64,000 nt of DNA, taken from the human T2T-CHM13v2.0 reference genome, Homo sapiens. The translations under genes and the position numbers were made by a program. Location of the stretch: NCBI RefSeq assembly GCF_009914755.1, contig NC_060944.1; one strand, written 5' to 3'. The notes under the pieces are model-generated. The model was not told the DNA's origin, did no database searches, and saw nothing but the letters and a program-made list of their open reading frames with translations. Shown here one piece after another: positions 13,989 through 25,238 of the stretch. Numbering within the stretch: the stretch's first letter is position 1; each line of letters starts with the position of its first letter.

Positions 13989-14064
13989 GAAAGAAAGAAG
14001 AAGAAGAAAGAGAGAGAAAGAAAGAGAGGAAGGAAGGAAGGAGGGAGAGAAAGGAAAGAAAGGA
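13784..14064 (+). repeat. Compound purine microsatellite (GAAA)n(GGAA)n(GGGA)n(GGAA)n(GAAA)n
   Basis: 281 consecutive purines on the + strand. Confidence 0.98.
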
Positions 14065-14319
14065 TGGGAAAGGCAAGAGGTAAATCTCTCTCTCCTTGGG
14101 GAGGTCCCACAGTGCTTGTCCAACACTTAGCAAGGCTGACTTCCCTCTCACATCCTGAAATGCCTTCACCCTGGAGAAACAGAGGGACATCCCCATTTAT
14201 GTACACTTTGTTGAACATGGAAAGAAGGTTAAACCTTTCTTCTTTCTTTCCTTTTTTTTCCATTCCCTCCATCTCCTGCAGGCTCCAAACAATTCTCTTC
14301 CCCCCTCACCCCCAGCACT

Positions 14320-14566
14320 ATTAAGGTATAATTGCTAAATGAAGATTATATATATTTACAGTATACTACATTGCATAATGTTTTAACACATGTATACATT
14401 GTAAAACAATTACATCAAGCTAATTAACATAGCCACTTACCATTTTTTTTGTGGTGAGAACATTTAAGATCTACTGTCTTGCAATTTCCAGGTATAGGAT
14501 TCATTATGATTGACTACAGTCACCGCGCTTACAATAGCTCTCCAGAACATATCCACCCTGTCCAAC
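14320..14566 (-). mobile_element. L1MA/MB 3' end fragment
   Basis: atcaagctaattaacata...gtggtgagaacatttaagatctact...tacaatagctctccagaac. Confidence 0.85.
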
Positions 14567-14569
14567 AAT

Positions 14570-14702
14570 TTTTTTTCATTGCTATAAGGAAATATCTGAA
14601 GCTAGGTAATTTATAAAGAAAAGAGATTTGATTGGCTCATGATTCTGCAGGATGAACAAGCATGACACCAACATCTGCTGGACTTCTGGAGAGGCTTCAG
14701 GA
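14570..14702 (-). mobile_element. MSTB fragment (local copy of 13305-13434)
   Basis: Near-identical to part of the upstream MST LTR. Confidence 0.85.
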
Positions 14703-14794
14703 TGCTTCTCTATGCAGCTGAAGGTGCTACCTCAGATGTGCAGCTTGTCTGGCTTCCTGGTCTTCCCCTCCCTGGGGGACCAACTGACCCCAAA

Positions 14795-14970
14795 CTTAGC
14801 CAGCAACCAAGTCATCAGGAGGGCTTCCTGACACACAGGCGCTGGCCTCATCCTACAGTTTCTAATTTACCAGGTCTGAGAATTTGCATTTCTAAGAAAT
14901 TTCCTGGCAATGCTGGACCCTGAAGCACATCAGATGCTGGCTCCACTTCTGGGGAGACCATGTTTAAACC
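14795..14970. mobile_element. MER5A (hAT-Charlie)
   Basis: ctgagaatttgcatttctaagaaatttcctggcaatgctg. Confidence 0.65.
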
Positions 14971-15329
14971 AAGGTAAAGGAGGCAGCAAGAAAGGCTGAG
15001 CAGTGTCTCTATCGGTAGCTTTACCCTCCCAGGTCTGGCTACACTGGGCTCTCCCCTGTCTGACAGCTCCCACGTGTGTATAATGCTGGAAAATAATTAC
15101 TAATAGCAGCAATATATAATGTTGATTAAGGGTTCATGCCTACGAAGGACTAAAATGCATGGGTGATAATAGTCATAGTAATAGCACAAATAATAATAAT
15201 GACTCAAACCATGATTTTGGCACTGTGGTGGGGCCAGCACCATACTCAGCATGCCCCTGTGAGCATCCCTGGTTCATCCGTGTCTTGCCCCTGGGTGGCA
15301 GCCTCCCATTTATCAGAGCTTAATGCCTA

Positions 15330-15545
15330 CCACCCCCTCTTGAAAATATGCTTCTTTTTGTTCATTATCAATATCCTCATACCTACCCAGTGTCTGGCAC
15401 AAATTTTGTATTCAATAAATATTTGTTAAAAGATAAAAAGGAGGCTCAGAGAGTCGAAATAACTCGCCAAAAAGACCATGCTGCTGATAACACTCAGAGA
15501 TGAAATTCAGCTCCAGGGTTATCTTACCACAGAGTCCGAGCACTC
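15330..15545. mobile_element. L2 3' end (+) followed by MIR fragment (-)
   Basis: cagtgtctggcacaaa...caataaatatttgtt, then gaggctcagagagtcgaaataactcgcc. Confidence 0.6.
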
Positions 15546-17084
15546 CAGCCAGGGGCTGGAGGAAGGAGAATCCCACGTGAGGATGGGGAGCCTCTGATGC
15601 AACCCCTGGTCCCAGGCTGGGTGCCCTGACGTGAGATCCCAGCCTGGAGGGGTGGATATCAGCCTCCCTGCCTTACGTTTGGCTGCACTGGGGTTAAATC
15701 ACCACCCAGGTCAAGCCCTTTGCAAGAGGAATAGGCATGACTCTGTGGTTCCCAGGTTAGTCTTCTCAGCCACTGCCTCCTGGTCCTCAGGTATAAGAGC
15801 CCTTGGTGGGCACCTTTGCATTTAACCTTATCAAGGGTCTGTGAATTTTGCAGTTAAATCCATTTTCACAGACTCAGAGGAAGAAACTGCCTGCCTGGAG
15901 TCACACAGCTAGTGCCTGGAGGCAGGCCTTTTGAACCCAAGGCCTCGCTTGGTGCCAGAGCCTCTCCCACCAACTCAGCACTGCCTCGGGGTGCTGCGTT
16001 CAGAGGTAGCAGCTTCATCAGAAGCAGGCAGCACAGTCGCGGCGGGCACCCAGGCAAAAGCAAGCCCAGCCTCCCCTCATCCCACCTCGTTGCCCTCTTG
16101 TGTCTTACGCCCCACAAAATTTCACTTATTCCACTAAGTATCCAGAATTTTCAGCCAGCAAAGAAAAGGAAGAAGAAACAGGCTGCACAGAGCAGCGAAG
16201 GCGTGTCTGGAGCGCTGCCCAAACTGACTCCTTCCATCACTCCCGGCACAAAGGAGCCGGCACGTCTGGCCTTCACGGACGCCTCCCTGTCCTTGCTCGC
16301 TCCAATTTCTTGGCTGACTGAAAGAAAAGGAGACCCCTGATCTAATGAAATGTTCCAGCAAGAGGATAAATTAACTTCCTCTCCGAGTTGTCCAAGCTAT
16401 TTACTGTAAACCATGCAGTCAAATGAAACTGACTTCAGCAGCTCAGCAGGGTCTTACAGCCTCCAGTATCTGGAAGGAAGTCCTGGAAGGACGGATGGCC
16501 CCAAAACGCTTCTCCCTGGTGCTTTCCACTCTTCTTCTTTTCGGATTTTGAAAGGAAAACGTCTCTTTTGGAAATCAGTAATACTAATCAAAATATAAGG
16601 ATTCCTGTTTTTAACATTTAAATTGCTCCAAACTTCCTTGTCCAAACTGCTAAAGCAGCATCCAGTTATTGAACAGTGCTTTCTAGAACTACTGAAAAAC
16701 AGGGGTGAGCACAGGTTATCTTGAGAAAGCCGCATAGAGACAGGGCTGGGCTGCAGGGGAGCAGGAGAGGCCTTCACTCAGGGGTCCAGCAGGTGCTGGT
16801 GGGCCTGGCACAGCGGCACCCCCTTCCCTGCACCCGTGGAAAGGTTCCGCAGGAGGAGCTGTGGAGTGATCGGGGTGATGAACTCAGCATGAGGCTGTGG
16901 GTTGGTGGCCATGAGGGTGATTCACAGGTGCAGAGCAGGTTCTCAGACGTTGGTACATGTACAGATTGTGCAAGACAATAGGACACCAGACAGATCCCCG
17001 GGCTCCACAGCAGAAGTCTGGTTACTGGGCAGGCAGGCCCCAAACACTGTATTTAAAACAAAACCCCACTGACAAGTCCTGTGA

Positions 17085-18918
17085 CTGGAGAGACCCCGAG
17101 TGAAGGCAGACCTCCATGTCCTCTACATCCTGTGCCACATCTGGAGAGACCCCTGTGAGGGCAGAGAGCTACCTCCTCTTCTTCCTGTGTCACACCTGGA
17201 GAGACCCCGAGTGAGGGCGGATGGCCACGTCTTCTACTTCCTGTGTCACACCTGGAGAGACCCCGAGTGAGGGCAGATGGCCACATCCTCTACTTCCTGT
17301 GTCACACCTGGGGAGACCCTGAGTGAGGGCAGACAGCCATGTCCTCTACGTCCTGTGCCACATCCGGAGAGACCCCAAGAGAGGGCAGACAGCCACCTCC
17401 TCTACTTCCTGTGTCACACCTGGAGAGACCCCGAGTGAGGGCGGATGGCCACGTCTTCTACTTCCTGTGTCACACCTGGAGAGACCCCGAGTGAGGGCAG
17501 ATGGCCACATCCTCTACTTCCTGTGTCACACCTGGGGAGACCCTGAGTGAGGGCAGACAGCCATGTCCTCTACGTCCTGTGCCACATCCGGAGAGACCCC
17601 AAGAGAGGGCAGACAGCCACCTCCTCTACTTCCTGTGTCACACCTGGAGAGACTCCAAGTGAGGAGAGACGGCCACATCTTCTACTTCCTGTGTCACACC
17701 TGGAGAGACCTCGAGTGAGGGCAGATGGCCACATCCTCTAATTCCTGTGTCACACCTGGAGAGACCCCAAGTGAGGGCAGACTGCCACCTCCTCTACTTC
17801 CTGTGTCACACCTAGAGAGACCCCGAGTGAGGACAGCCAGCCATGTCCTCTACTTCCTGTGCCACATCCGGAGAGATCCCGAGTGAGGGCAGACAGCCAT
17901 GTCCTCTACTTCCTGTGTCACACCTGGAGAGACCCCGAGTGAGGGCAGACGGCCACATCCTCTAATTCCTGTGTCACACCTGGAGAGACCCCGAGTGAGG
18001 GCAGACGGCCACCTCCTCTACTTCCTGTGTCACACCTGGAGAGACCCCGAGTGAGGGCAGACGGCCACATCCTCTAATTCCTGTGTCATGCCTGGAGAGA
18101 CCCCGAGTGAGGGCAGATGGCCACATCCTCTAATTCCTATGTCACACCTGGAGAGACCCCGAGTGAGGGTGGATGGCCACATCCTCTAATTCCTGTGTCA
18201 TACCTGGAGAGACCCCGAGTGAGGGCAGATGGCCACCTCCTCTACTTCCTGTGTCACACCTGGAGAGACCCCGAGTGAGGGCAGATGGCCACCTCCTCTA
18301 CTTCCTGTGTCACACCTGGAGAGACCCCAAGTGAGGGCAGACAGCCATGTCCTCTACGTCCTGTGCCACATCCGGAGAGACCCCGATGAGGGCAGACAGC
18401 TACCCCCTCTACTTCCTGTGTCACACCTGCAGAGACCCCAAGTGAGGGCAGATGGCCACCTCTTCTACTTCCTGTGTCACACCTGGAGAGGCCCCGAGTG
18501 AGGGCAGACGGCCACCTCCTCTACTTCCTGTGTCACACCTGGAGAGACCCCGAGTGAGGGCAGACGGCCACATCCTCTATTTCCTGTGTCACACCTGGAG
18601 AGACCCCGAGTGAGGGCAGACGGCCACATCCTCTAATTCCTGTGTCACACATGGAGAGACCCCGAGTGAGGGCAGAAGGCCACATCCTCTACTTCCTGTG
18701 TCACACCTAGAGAGACCCCGAGTGAGGGCGGATGGCCACATCCTCTAATTCCTGTGTCACACCTGGGGAGACCCCGAGTGAGGGCAGATGGCCACATCCT
18801 CTAATTCCTGTGTCACACCTGGAGACACACAGAGTAAAGGTGGACAGCCACCTCCTCTACGTCCTGTGCCACACCTGGAGACACCCTGAGTTAAGGCAGA
18901 TGGCCACCTCCTCTAATT
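17085..18918 (+). repeat. 56-bp minisatellite (VNTR), ~33 copies
   Basis: Consensus ctggagagaccccgagtgagggcagatggccacatcctctacttcctgtgtcacac; unit starts at 17085, 17141, 17196, 17252 ... 18875. Confidence 0.98.
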
Positions 18919-18919
18919 A

Positions 18920-19190
18920 TTTTTAAGAACTTTTTTGGGGTATAATTTACATGCCAGAAAGTTCACCCATTTCAAGCATATGATTCAATATTAAAGCTTA
19001 AAAATGTTATCAATTTAATAACATTGATGGTTACAGAGCTGTGTAATCATCAACCTAATCCAATATTAGAGCATTTTCATCACCTCCAGAAAGATTTCTG
19101 GTGCCTGATGCAGTCATTTTCTTTTAGACTCCCAGCTCCAGGCCTCTCCTCACAAATCCTCGCAGCCAACACATTAGTATCCATGTGTCC
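18920..19190 (-). mobile_element. L1MB 3' end fragment
   Basis: gggtataatttacatgccagaaagttcacccatttcaag...gcattttcatcacctccagaaaga. Confidence 0.8.
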
Positions 19191-19809
19191 ATTGTTGGTA
19201 TAAGAGAGAATTACACCTGTTTTTTTATGCTCAGCAAAGAATTGCTGCCATTTTAAAAACAAGGAAGAATAGTGCACCTGCTTTTCTCCCGTGTTTATCT
19301 TACCCATACGCAAGAAGAAGCCACATGCCTTGGTGTGGTTTAAGGCAAGGGCCTCCCTGCCGTTTCCTTTCCCGTTCTTTCCAATGCCATTCACCATCCC
19401 AAGGCAGGTGGAGGTTTTGTGAACCTGGTAGAGATGAACTTTGAGGCCTCTCACCTGCATGGGCTTCCTCCAGGCCCTAGGAAGAACCCTAGCAATATGT
19501 TCATATGGTCAAACACTTTTGTAAAAATTGCAAAAATAAGCTATTTTGAGTGGTGTTGGTTAAGAGTGTTCTGCATTTGCACTGAGACTCAGCTTCCAGT
19601 TCAGTGAGGACAGCCGGGCTAGTGTAGATGCGGCTTCCAGGAGTGTTTCTGCTCCCCTTCCCCACATCAATCACTCAACATTTACACAATATGGCAAAAG
19701 CTGAAGTTCTGGTGTGATATAAATGACTACTCTGGTGCTAGACTCCAGAAGAATATGGAGAGTGGAGGGGAGACACGGCAGCAGGAGCCAGTCTGTGGAA
19801 AATCCTTCC

Positions 19810-19980
19810 AAATCATTTCATTTGTATGAAGAAAACTTGAAAAAAGATCTCCCAAATTTGAAAAGTATTCAAAGTTTGCCTATGACATTAGTAAAAACAC
19901 TTTGTGATATAAAAGGAAACCTTTTAATTGTTAATAGAAAATCAAACTTTGATCAATGATGATGGATTAAAGACTGAATC
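19810..19980 (+). mobile_element. Ancient hAT (Tip100/Zaphod-like) transposase C-terminal remnant
   Basis: cccaaatttgaaaag...tatgacattagtaaaaacactttgtgatataaaaggaaacctt...aactttgatcaatgatg...aaagactgaat resembles the FPNL...MTLP.TSCEAERNFS.L...RSTM..ERLN dimerisation region. Confidence 0.5.
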
Positions 19981-21614
19981 ACCCTTCAGCAAATCATTCT
20001 GCTTCTTCAGCCTCTAAAACGATTCCCTTCCCTGATAATTGTGACTCAAACGGTGCATGGACCACGAAAGTGCTTTGTAAACTGCACAGCGCTATGGCAA
20101 TGGTGTCATTATGATCTTCATCGCTACTATCGACAACCTGGAATAAAACTCTTTAACTTCCAGTTGCTGCAACACTTAATCACCCAGTTGACCATGGAAA
20201 TTACTCAGCTCGGCATGAGGTGCAGATATAGCTGCAAGTGGAAGCTGTTTTTAAATAAAATCTTATTAATTAAGGAAGTTCTGGTTGTTGTTTATTTGCA
20301 TTTTTTTAAGCATCTAGGAAGTCCCCTTCCTGGTTATGGTCTGCTAAACCTGTTTCTCCCTGAAATTGTGTTCGTTATCTAACATTCTTCAGGTTCCATC
20401 TGATCACAGTCTTCAGCCGTAGATGTCTCTTTCCTCCATTCCCCCAGCTGAGTTTCCAAGCACAGAAAGGAGGAGCAAATACACCTGAGTTTGGGGCCCT
20501 CTTCCCTCAGTTCTGTATCCATTTTCCCTGAGCTGGACAGACTTCAAATACCATCTTTCTGCCGCAGTTTTATCTGTCAAGCCATCGTTCTACGTGGTAT
20601 TACTCTTTTCTATTTCAGAGAATTAATTCTCTGAAATTGCCAGAAATAACCTCACACCTCACAGCAGTTACCCCTACCCATTAGCGGGAAATGGCTGTGG
20701 TCTCTCTCTTTGGAATTATTGTACTGCGAGGTCAAGGATGGCAAGTGCAGTGGAAGCCATCTGCTTTAGCACCATTAGTGCACTTTGTAGATAATTATGT
20801 AATTTTTCAAGCATTCCTGGGGATTCACTTCAGCTGCCCAGTCTTATGAGTGAATTTTGACAATAGAAAATTGTGGTTGATTTCAGTTTGTTTGGGTACC
20901 GTTCCCATAGTAATAAGAATAATTATTAATAAATGGAGAAAGTTGTGCTAAGGGTTTCAGTCAATAAATAACCTTAATTTTTTTTCTTTAAAAAAATGCT
21001 TGCAACAAAGATCTAAAGCAGAAAGAAGCAGGGACATCTCATAGTCTCTTTTCTTTTTGGGCTTATCTTGGAGGTGAGATACTATTCTCAATTTAATTAA
21101 AGTCATGAGGAATAACCGGCTGCAGGACTATATTTCTAGCAGGGATCCCAAATGTCAGGGAGCTTGTGAATTTCTCTAACAAGAGAAGGATAAAGGTCAC
21201 CTACGTGTTTTAAAGACAAGTACTCACCTTTCCCCCACCCACCCTCATCAGCTTGTAAGTCGTGAAAGGCTTAGCACATCATACGTAGTTGGAAAAAAAA
21301 AGAAAAGAGTACAAACAGCACATTTGCATGATTGGCCACTGTTTCTCCAGTATTCAAACCATCAGGCACTCGTGGGCCCCCAGAAGCCAGCAAGTGTCCT
21401 TGTATTTTCTGGGTGGCTGCATAGTGAACTGGCATCATGCCCTCTGCCTCCACACATGTTCGTGGAAACCTGGCCCTGTGCTGGGCAGCAGGCTACAGAT
21501 TGGGGATATAGCATCCTACACAGCCAACAATGCCCATCTGGGGCCTCATGGAGCTTGCCCTGCCAGTGAGGTTTGGAGTGGGAACTTCAACAGCATGGTA
21601 AAGGTCCCTGGATT

Positions 21615-22030
21615 AATTCCAGCTCCCCCAGAAGCAGAATTCAAGGCTTCAAGTTGTTAATTTGGGAGGGAATCCCAGGAAACTGCAGCAGTGGAGTGCA
21701 GGGGTGAGATAGGGAAGGAAAGATAGACAATGGAGCGTATGTTATTCAGCCAGCTACACCTGTGGGGTACTAGAGTGAGCCCCTGGGGCAACTCCCGGAG
21801 CCACTGCAGACATGCATGCAGAGCTGGTGTGCCTGAGGGGAGAGAGAGCTGGGGTATTTAAACACCCACTCCCAAGAGTGATTGATGGACAGCTGCTCCT
21901 GGTCACCATTAATCCTCTGGTGTTTCTGACCCTCTGGGCACGGAGCAGGGTGGGGGCTGTGCAGAGGGCTGTGTAGCCAGAGAAAACCCTGGGCAGAGAG
22001 ATGCAGAAGCCCCGACAGAGGGAAGTCTGC
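21615..22030 (-). mobile_element. Ancient ERVL-class LTR (LTR67B/LTR16-like; family uncertain)
   Basis: cccccagaagcaga...tttgggagggaatcccaggaaac...gtgagatagggaagg...gagctggggtatttaaacac. Confidence 0.6.
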
Positions 22031-23799
22031 AGGCACAGCCCCCACACCCATGGCGGGCACCAGGGTGAAGGAGGAGCTAAGGGAGCCACAGGCACCCCAG
22101 GAAGGCTTCTTAGTGAAGGGAAGGGAAATGAGATAGCCACATGGAGCCTGGAAAGATGGGAAGAGTTCTTCCCCCAGGAGGATCTAGGGAGGAATGCTCC
22201 ATTTGCAGGGCCCCAGAGGGAATTTAAGGAAGAGTGATTTCAGGGCCCTGACAGGAGTTTAATCTCACTGGGGCAAAGGTGAGAGGGGGTGGGAAGATGT
22301 TGCTGAAGGGGTGAAACCAGGCCAGAAAATGGGAAGGTCCTATAACTCGCTATAGCCCTAGGGAGGAGTGTAAAACAAAGGCATGAGGAGATCTCCTTCT
22401 GCCCACTGCAGGAGGGGCCATTTCCCCAGTTTCCAAGAGGGAATGCATGCCTGAGCTGGCAGAAAGGCTGGAGAGAGGTGGGTGGTTGGAAGGGAAGATC
22501 AGTCAGAGTCGGGGCAGTGCCATTTACAGGGTTGGGAGACCCAGCTTAGAACTTTAAACAATGGAGTCTCGGTGCAATTTGCAGATGAGGGATAAGACCA
22601 GCCAACCAAGGCCACTGATTTGGCCACAGAGCCTGGAACCTCCTCTGGGAGAATCACATGTGTCTGCCTTCTCCCCTTCTCCCTATAGTCCTGCTCTGCT
22701 CTGTAAGAGGAGAAGACACTCAAAGGTACGAGAGGAGGCTGAGGTCCCCCCTTCCACCCTTCCCTGAGCAGAGCCATCTGACACTGGAGCCGAGCTGCTC
22801 CCCCTCTTCCTGCACATCCTCAGCTCTCAGGGGCAGCTGCCAGCTTGGTCTCAGACACATTCACTTCCCAGACCCCAATCTCATTTGTAAAATGACAGCT
22901 GGAGCGCATCTGGCCTGGCAACTTCATTCAGAACATCATGTGGCTTCGTTTCTCTGTAACTCCACCCTTCACTGCAGAAGTTCAAACCACCAGTGGGTCC
23001 GTGAATCAAGTCGAACCAGACCTTGCTATGTTCCTTCCTTTCTGATGCATCTACCAGAGAATGATTCCAACATGCTCCCTTGAATGGCTGGGCCAGGAAT
23101 TGGCACTTATTTCCACGTTTCATAGTGATACCCTGAACTGGTCTGTAGGAGACAAAAGGGGCCCTTTGCCCATCAGCAACCCTGTGAGATGCCATCAGCA
23201 CATTTATCCCAAAAGCCACACTGCGATGTTCGTTTTTTACTGGGAGACATAGTAAAAAGGCGGTGACGTGGTGTAGGGCCGCCAGAGCGTATGGGTCTGT
23301 AATGGCCGTCTTCACTATTGCCTCCTGCTCCTGATGATGCTAATGTAATAGTCACCCACGGCTGTGAACAAGCCGAGTGAGCGCCATTAGAATGTGCTTA
23401 GCATGAGAGCAAGACCTCTGTGATGCTGGCCCATGTGGTGGACGGGATCCCCTGCTTGTAATGCCAACCACAGACACCCACAGATAGAGAAGGAGGGAAA
23501 GAGTTTGGTTGGAGGTACCAGGGTATCTCAGAGAGCTGAAGAGGAAAGCTGAACAACTGGGTCCCGAGGACAGAAACCTGTGCCCAGCTGGGGATCTCTG
23601 CTGCTGGACGCAACGGTGGCCCCTGGTTTCTTCACTGCTCTGTGTGGGGAGACTCCGTACTCAGACGTGGTGAGAGTCAACCCACTGCACCTCGGCCTCA
23701 ACCATCTCAGCCTGGGCTTAGGTATTCATCCTCAGTGCCTTGCACACGCTGAGCGTTCAGTAGGTATTTGTGGAATGAATGCTTTAAGAGGTTCCAATT

Positions 23800-24105
<306 letters not shown>

Positions 24106-24314
24106 AAGAGGTCCCAATAGATTGTATAAATTTGAGGAGATTCCTCTTTCTCCATCACGGATTTGGTTATTTGGTGGGAGGGGGAAGAAGTTTCAGGAGA
24201 AAATTGTTTAAAGGTCCCTTGTTTTCATTCAAAATGAACAAAATGGAAACTTCATTAAGCTCCATAGAGGAAACATATACTTTTAAATGTTGGTTACCTA
24301 TGTTATTGTCTAAA

Positions 24315-24525
24315 GCCGGATTTGCAATCTAGGGCCTGCTGGGAAAATTCAGCCACCCTGTGCTTTTATAAATAAAGTTTTGTGGGAACACAGCACACCA
24401 TCTCTTTATATCTCCTTTCACACTGCACTAACACGGTTGAATTGTTGCAACAAAGACTGCATGGCCCTCAAAATGGGAAATATTTACTATCTGACCCTTT
24501 ACCAAAAAAGGTCTCTGACCCTTGG
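24315..24525. mobile_element. MER58A (hAT-Charlie)
   Basis: ataaataaagttttgtgggaacacagc...aaatatttactatctgaccctttacc...tgaccctt. Confidence 0.85.
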
Positions 24526-24784
24526 TCTAGAAGAACATCAATAAGACCAGGCTGCTGCATTCTAGTCTCTGAATTATGGGACATTCTGGGCACAACTGTG
24601 AGCAGGGTGGGGAGAAAGGGCACACCCATCCTCTTGGAACCCCCTGAGGCCGAGGCTCCAGGAAGATGTCCCAGTGCGGATCAATATCAATCCCAGCCCC
24701 AAGCGCCCCGCCGGAGCTGGTGCAAGCAGCCCCACAACCGTGTTGTTTTCTCCCCCTACTCTCTTGGAAGAAATGCCCACGATT

Positions 24785-24990
24785 GAGACCCCAGACCTGG
24801 GTTTAAACCCTGATTCCTCCCTGGCTACAATGAGAACAACTCACTAAAGACCCTCTAAACCTCGAGCTTCCTCATCCGAAAAGCTGGGTCGATGGTTAAC
24901 ATGAGTCTCTCGGACAGAAGCTAATGTTGGGATTAAAGGTAACAATTTGTGTGAAGCAAGCATGGTGCCTACCTGCAGAAGGTGCCCAGA
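24785..24990 (+). mobile_element. MIR
   Basis: cagacctgggtttaaaccctg...agcttcctcatccgaaaa...gggattaaaggtaacaatttgtgtgaagc. Confidence 0.7.
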
Positions 24991-25026
24991 GACCCTCGTT
25001 TCAAACCCCACTGTATCCCTAACATC

Positions 25027-25238
25027 CATGATGTACTGGTAAACGTTTAACAAGCAGATTTCAGTTTGGGATGGGGGAAGCCCTGACTTATAGCATCTGC
25101 CAATTGTCATGCTATAAATGGCCCTACCCTACCGTGGCTAATTTCAAGCTGTCTACGTGACATTACTGAACCAAGGCAGGGAAGAGATGCAAACCATCAG
25201 GTCTCATGCGTGATGTGGACCAGTCCCAACACATCATG
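25027..25238. mobile_element. MER63A-like (hAT-Blackjack)
   Basis: TIRs catgatgtactgg / ccaacacatcatg; internal tggtaaacgtttaacaa, atttcaagct, gggaagagatgc. Confidence 0.75.

Noticed and set aside
13586-14324. Long ORFs (228, 179, 124 and 180 aa) rich in F/L/S or K/E/R
   Set aside because: They are translations of the purine microsatellite, which lacks stop codons by composition
17085-18918. VNTR as a CRISPR array or a C2H2 zinc-finger exon (cacacctggagagacccc resembles HTGEKP linker DNA)
   Set aside because: Units are contiguous with no unique spacers; the period is 56 bp, not 84, and not a multiple of 3; no Cys/His spacing; frames contain stops
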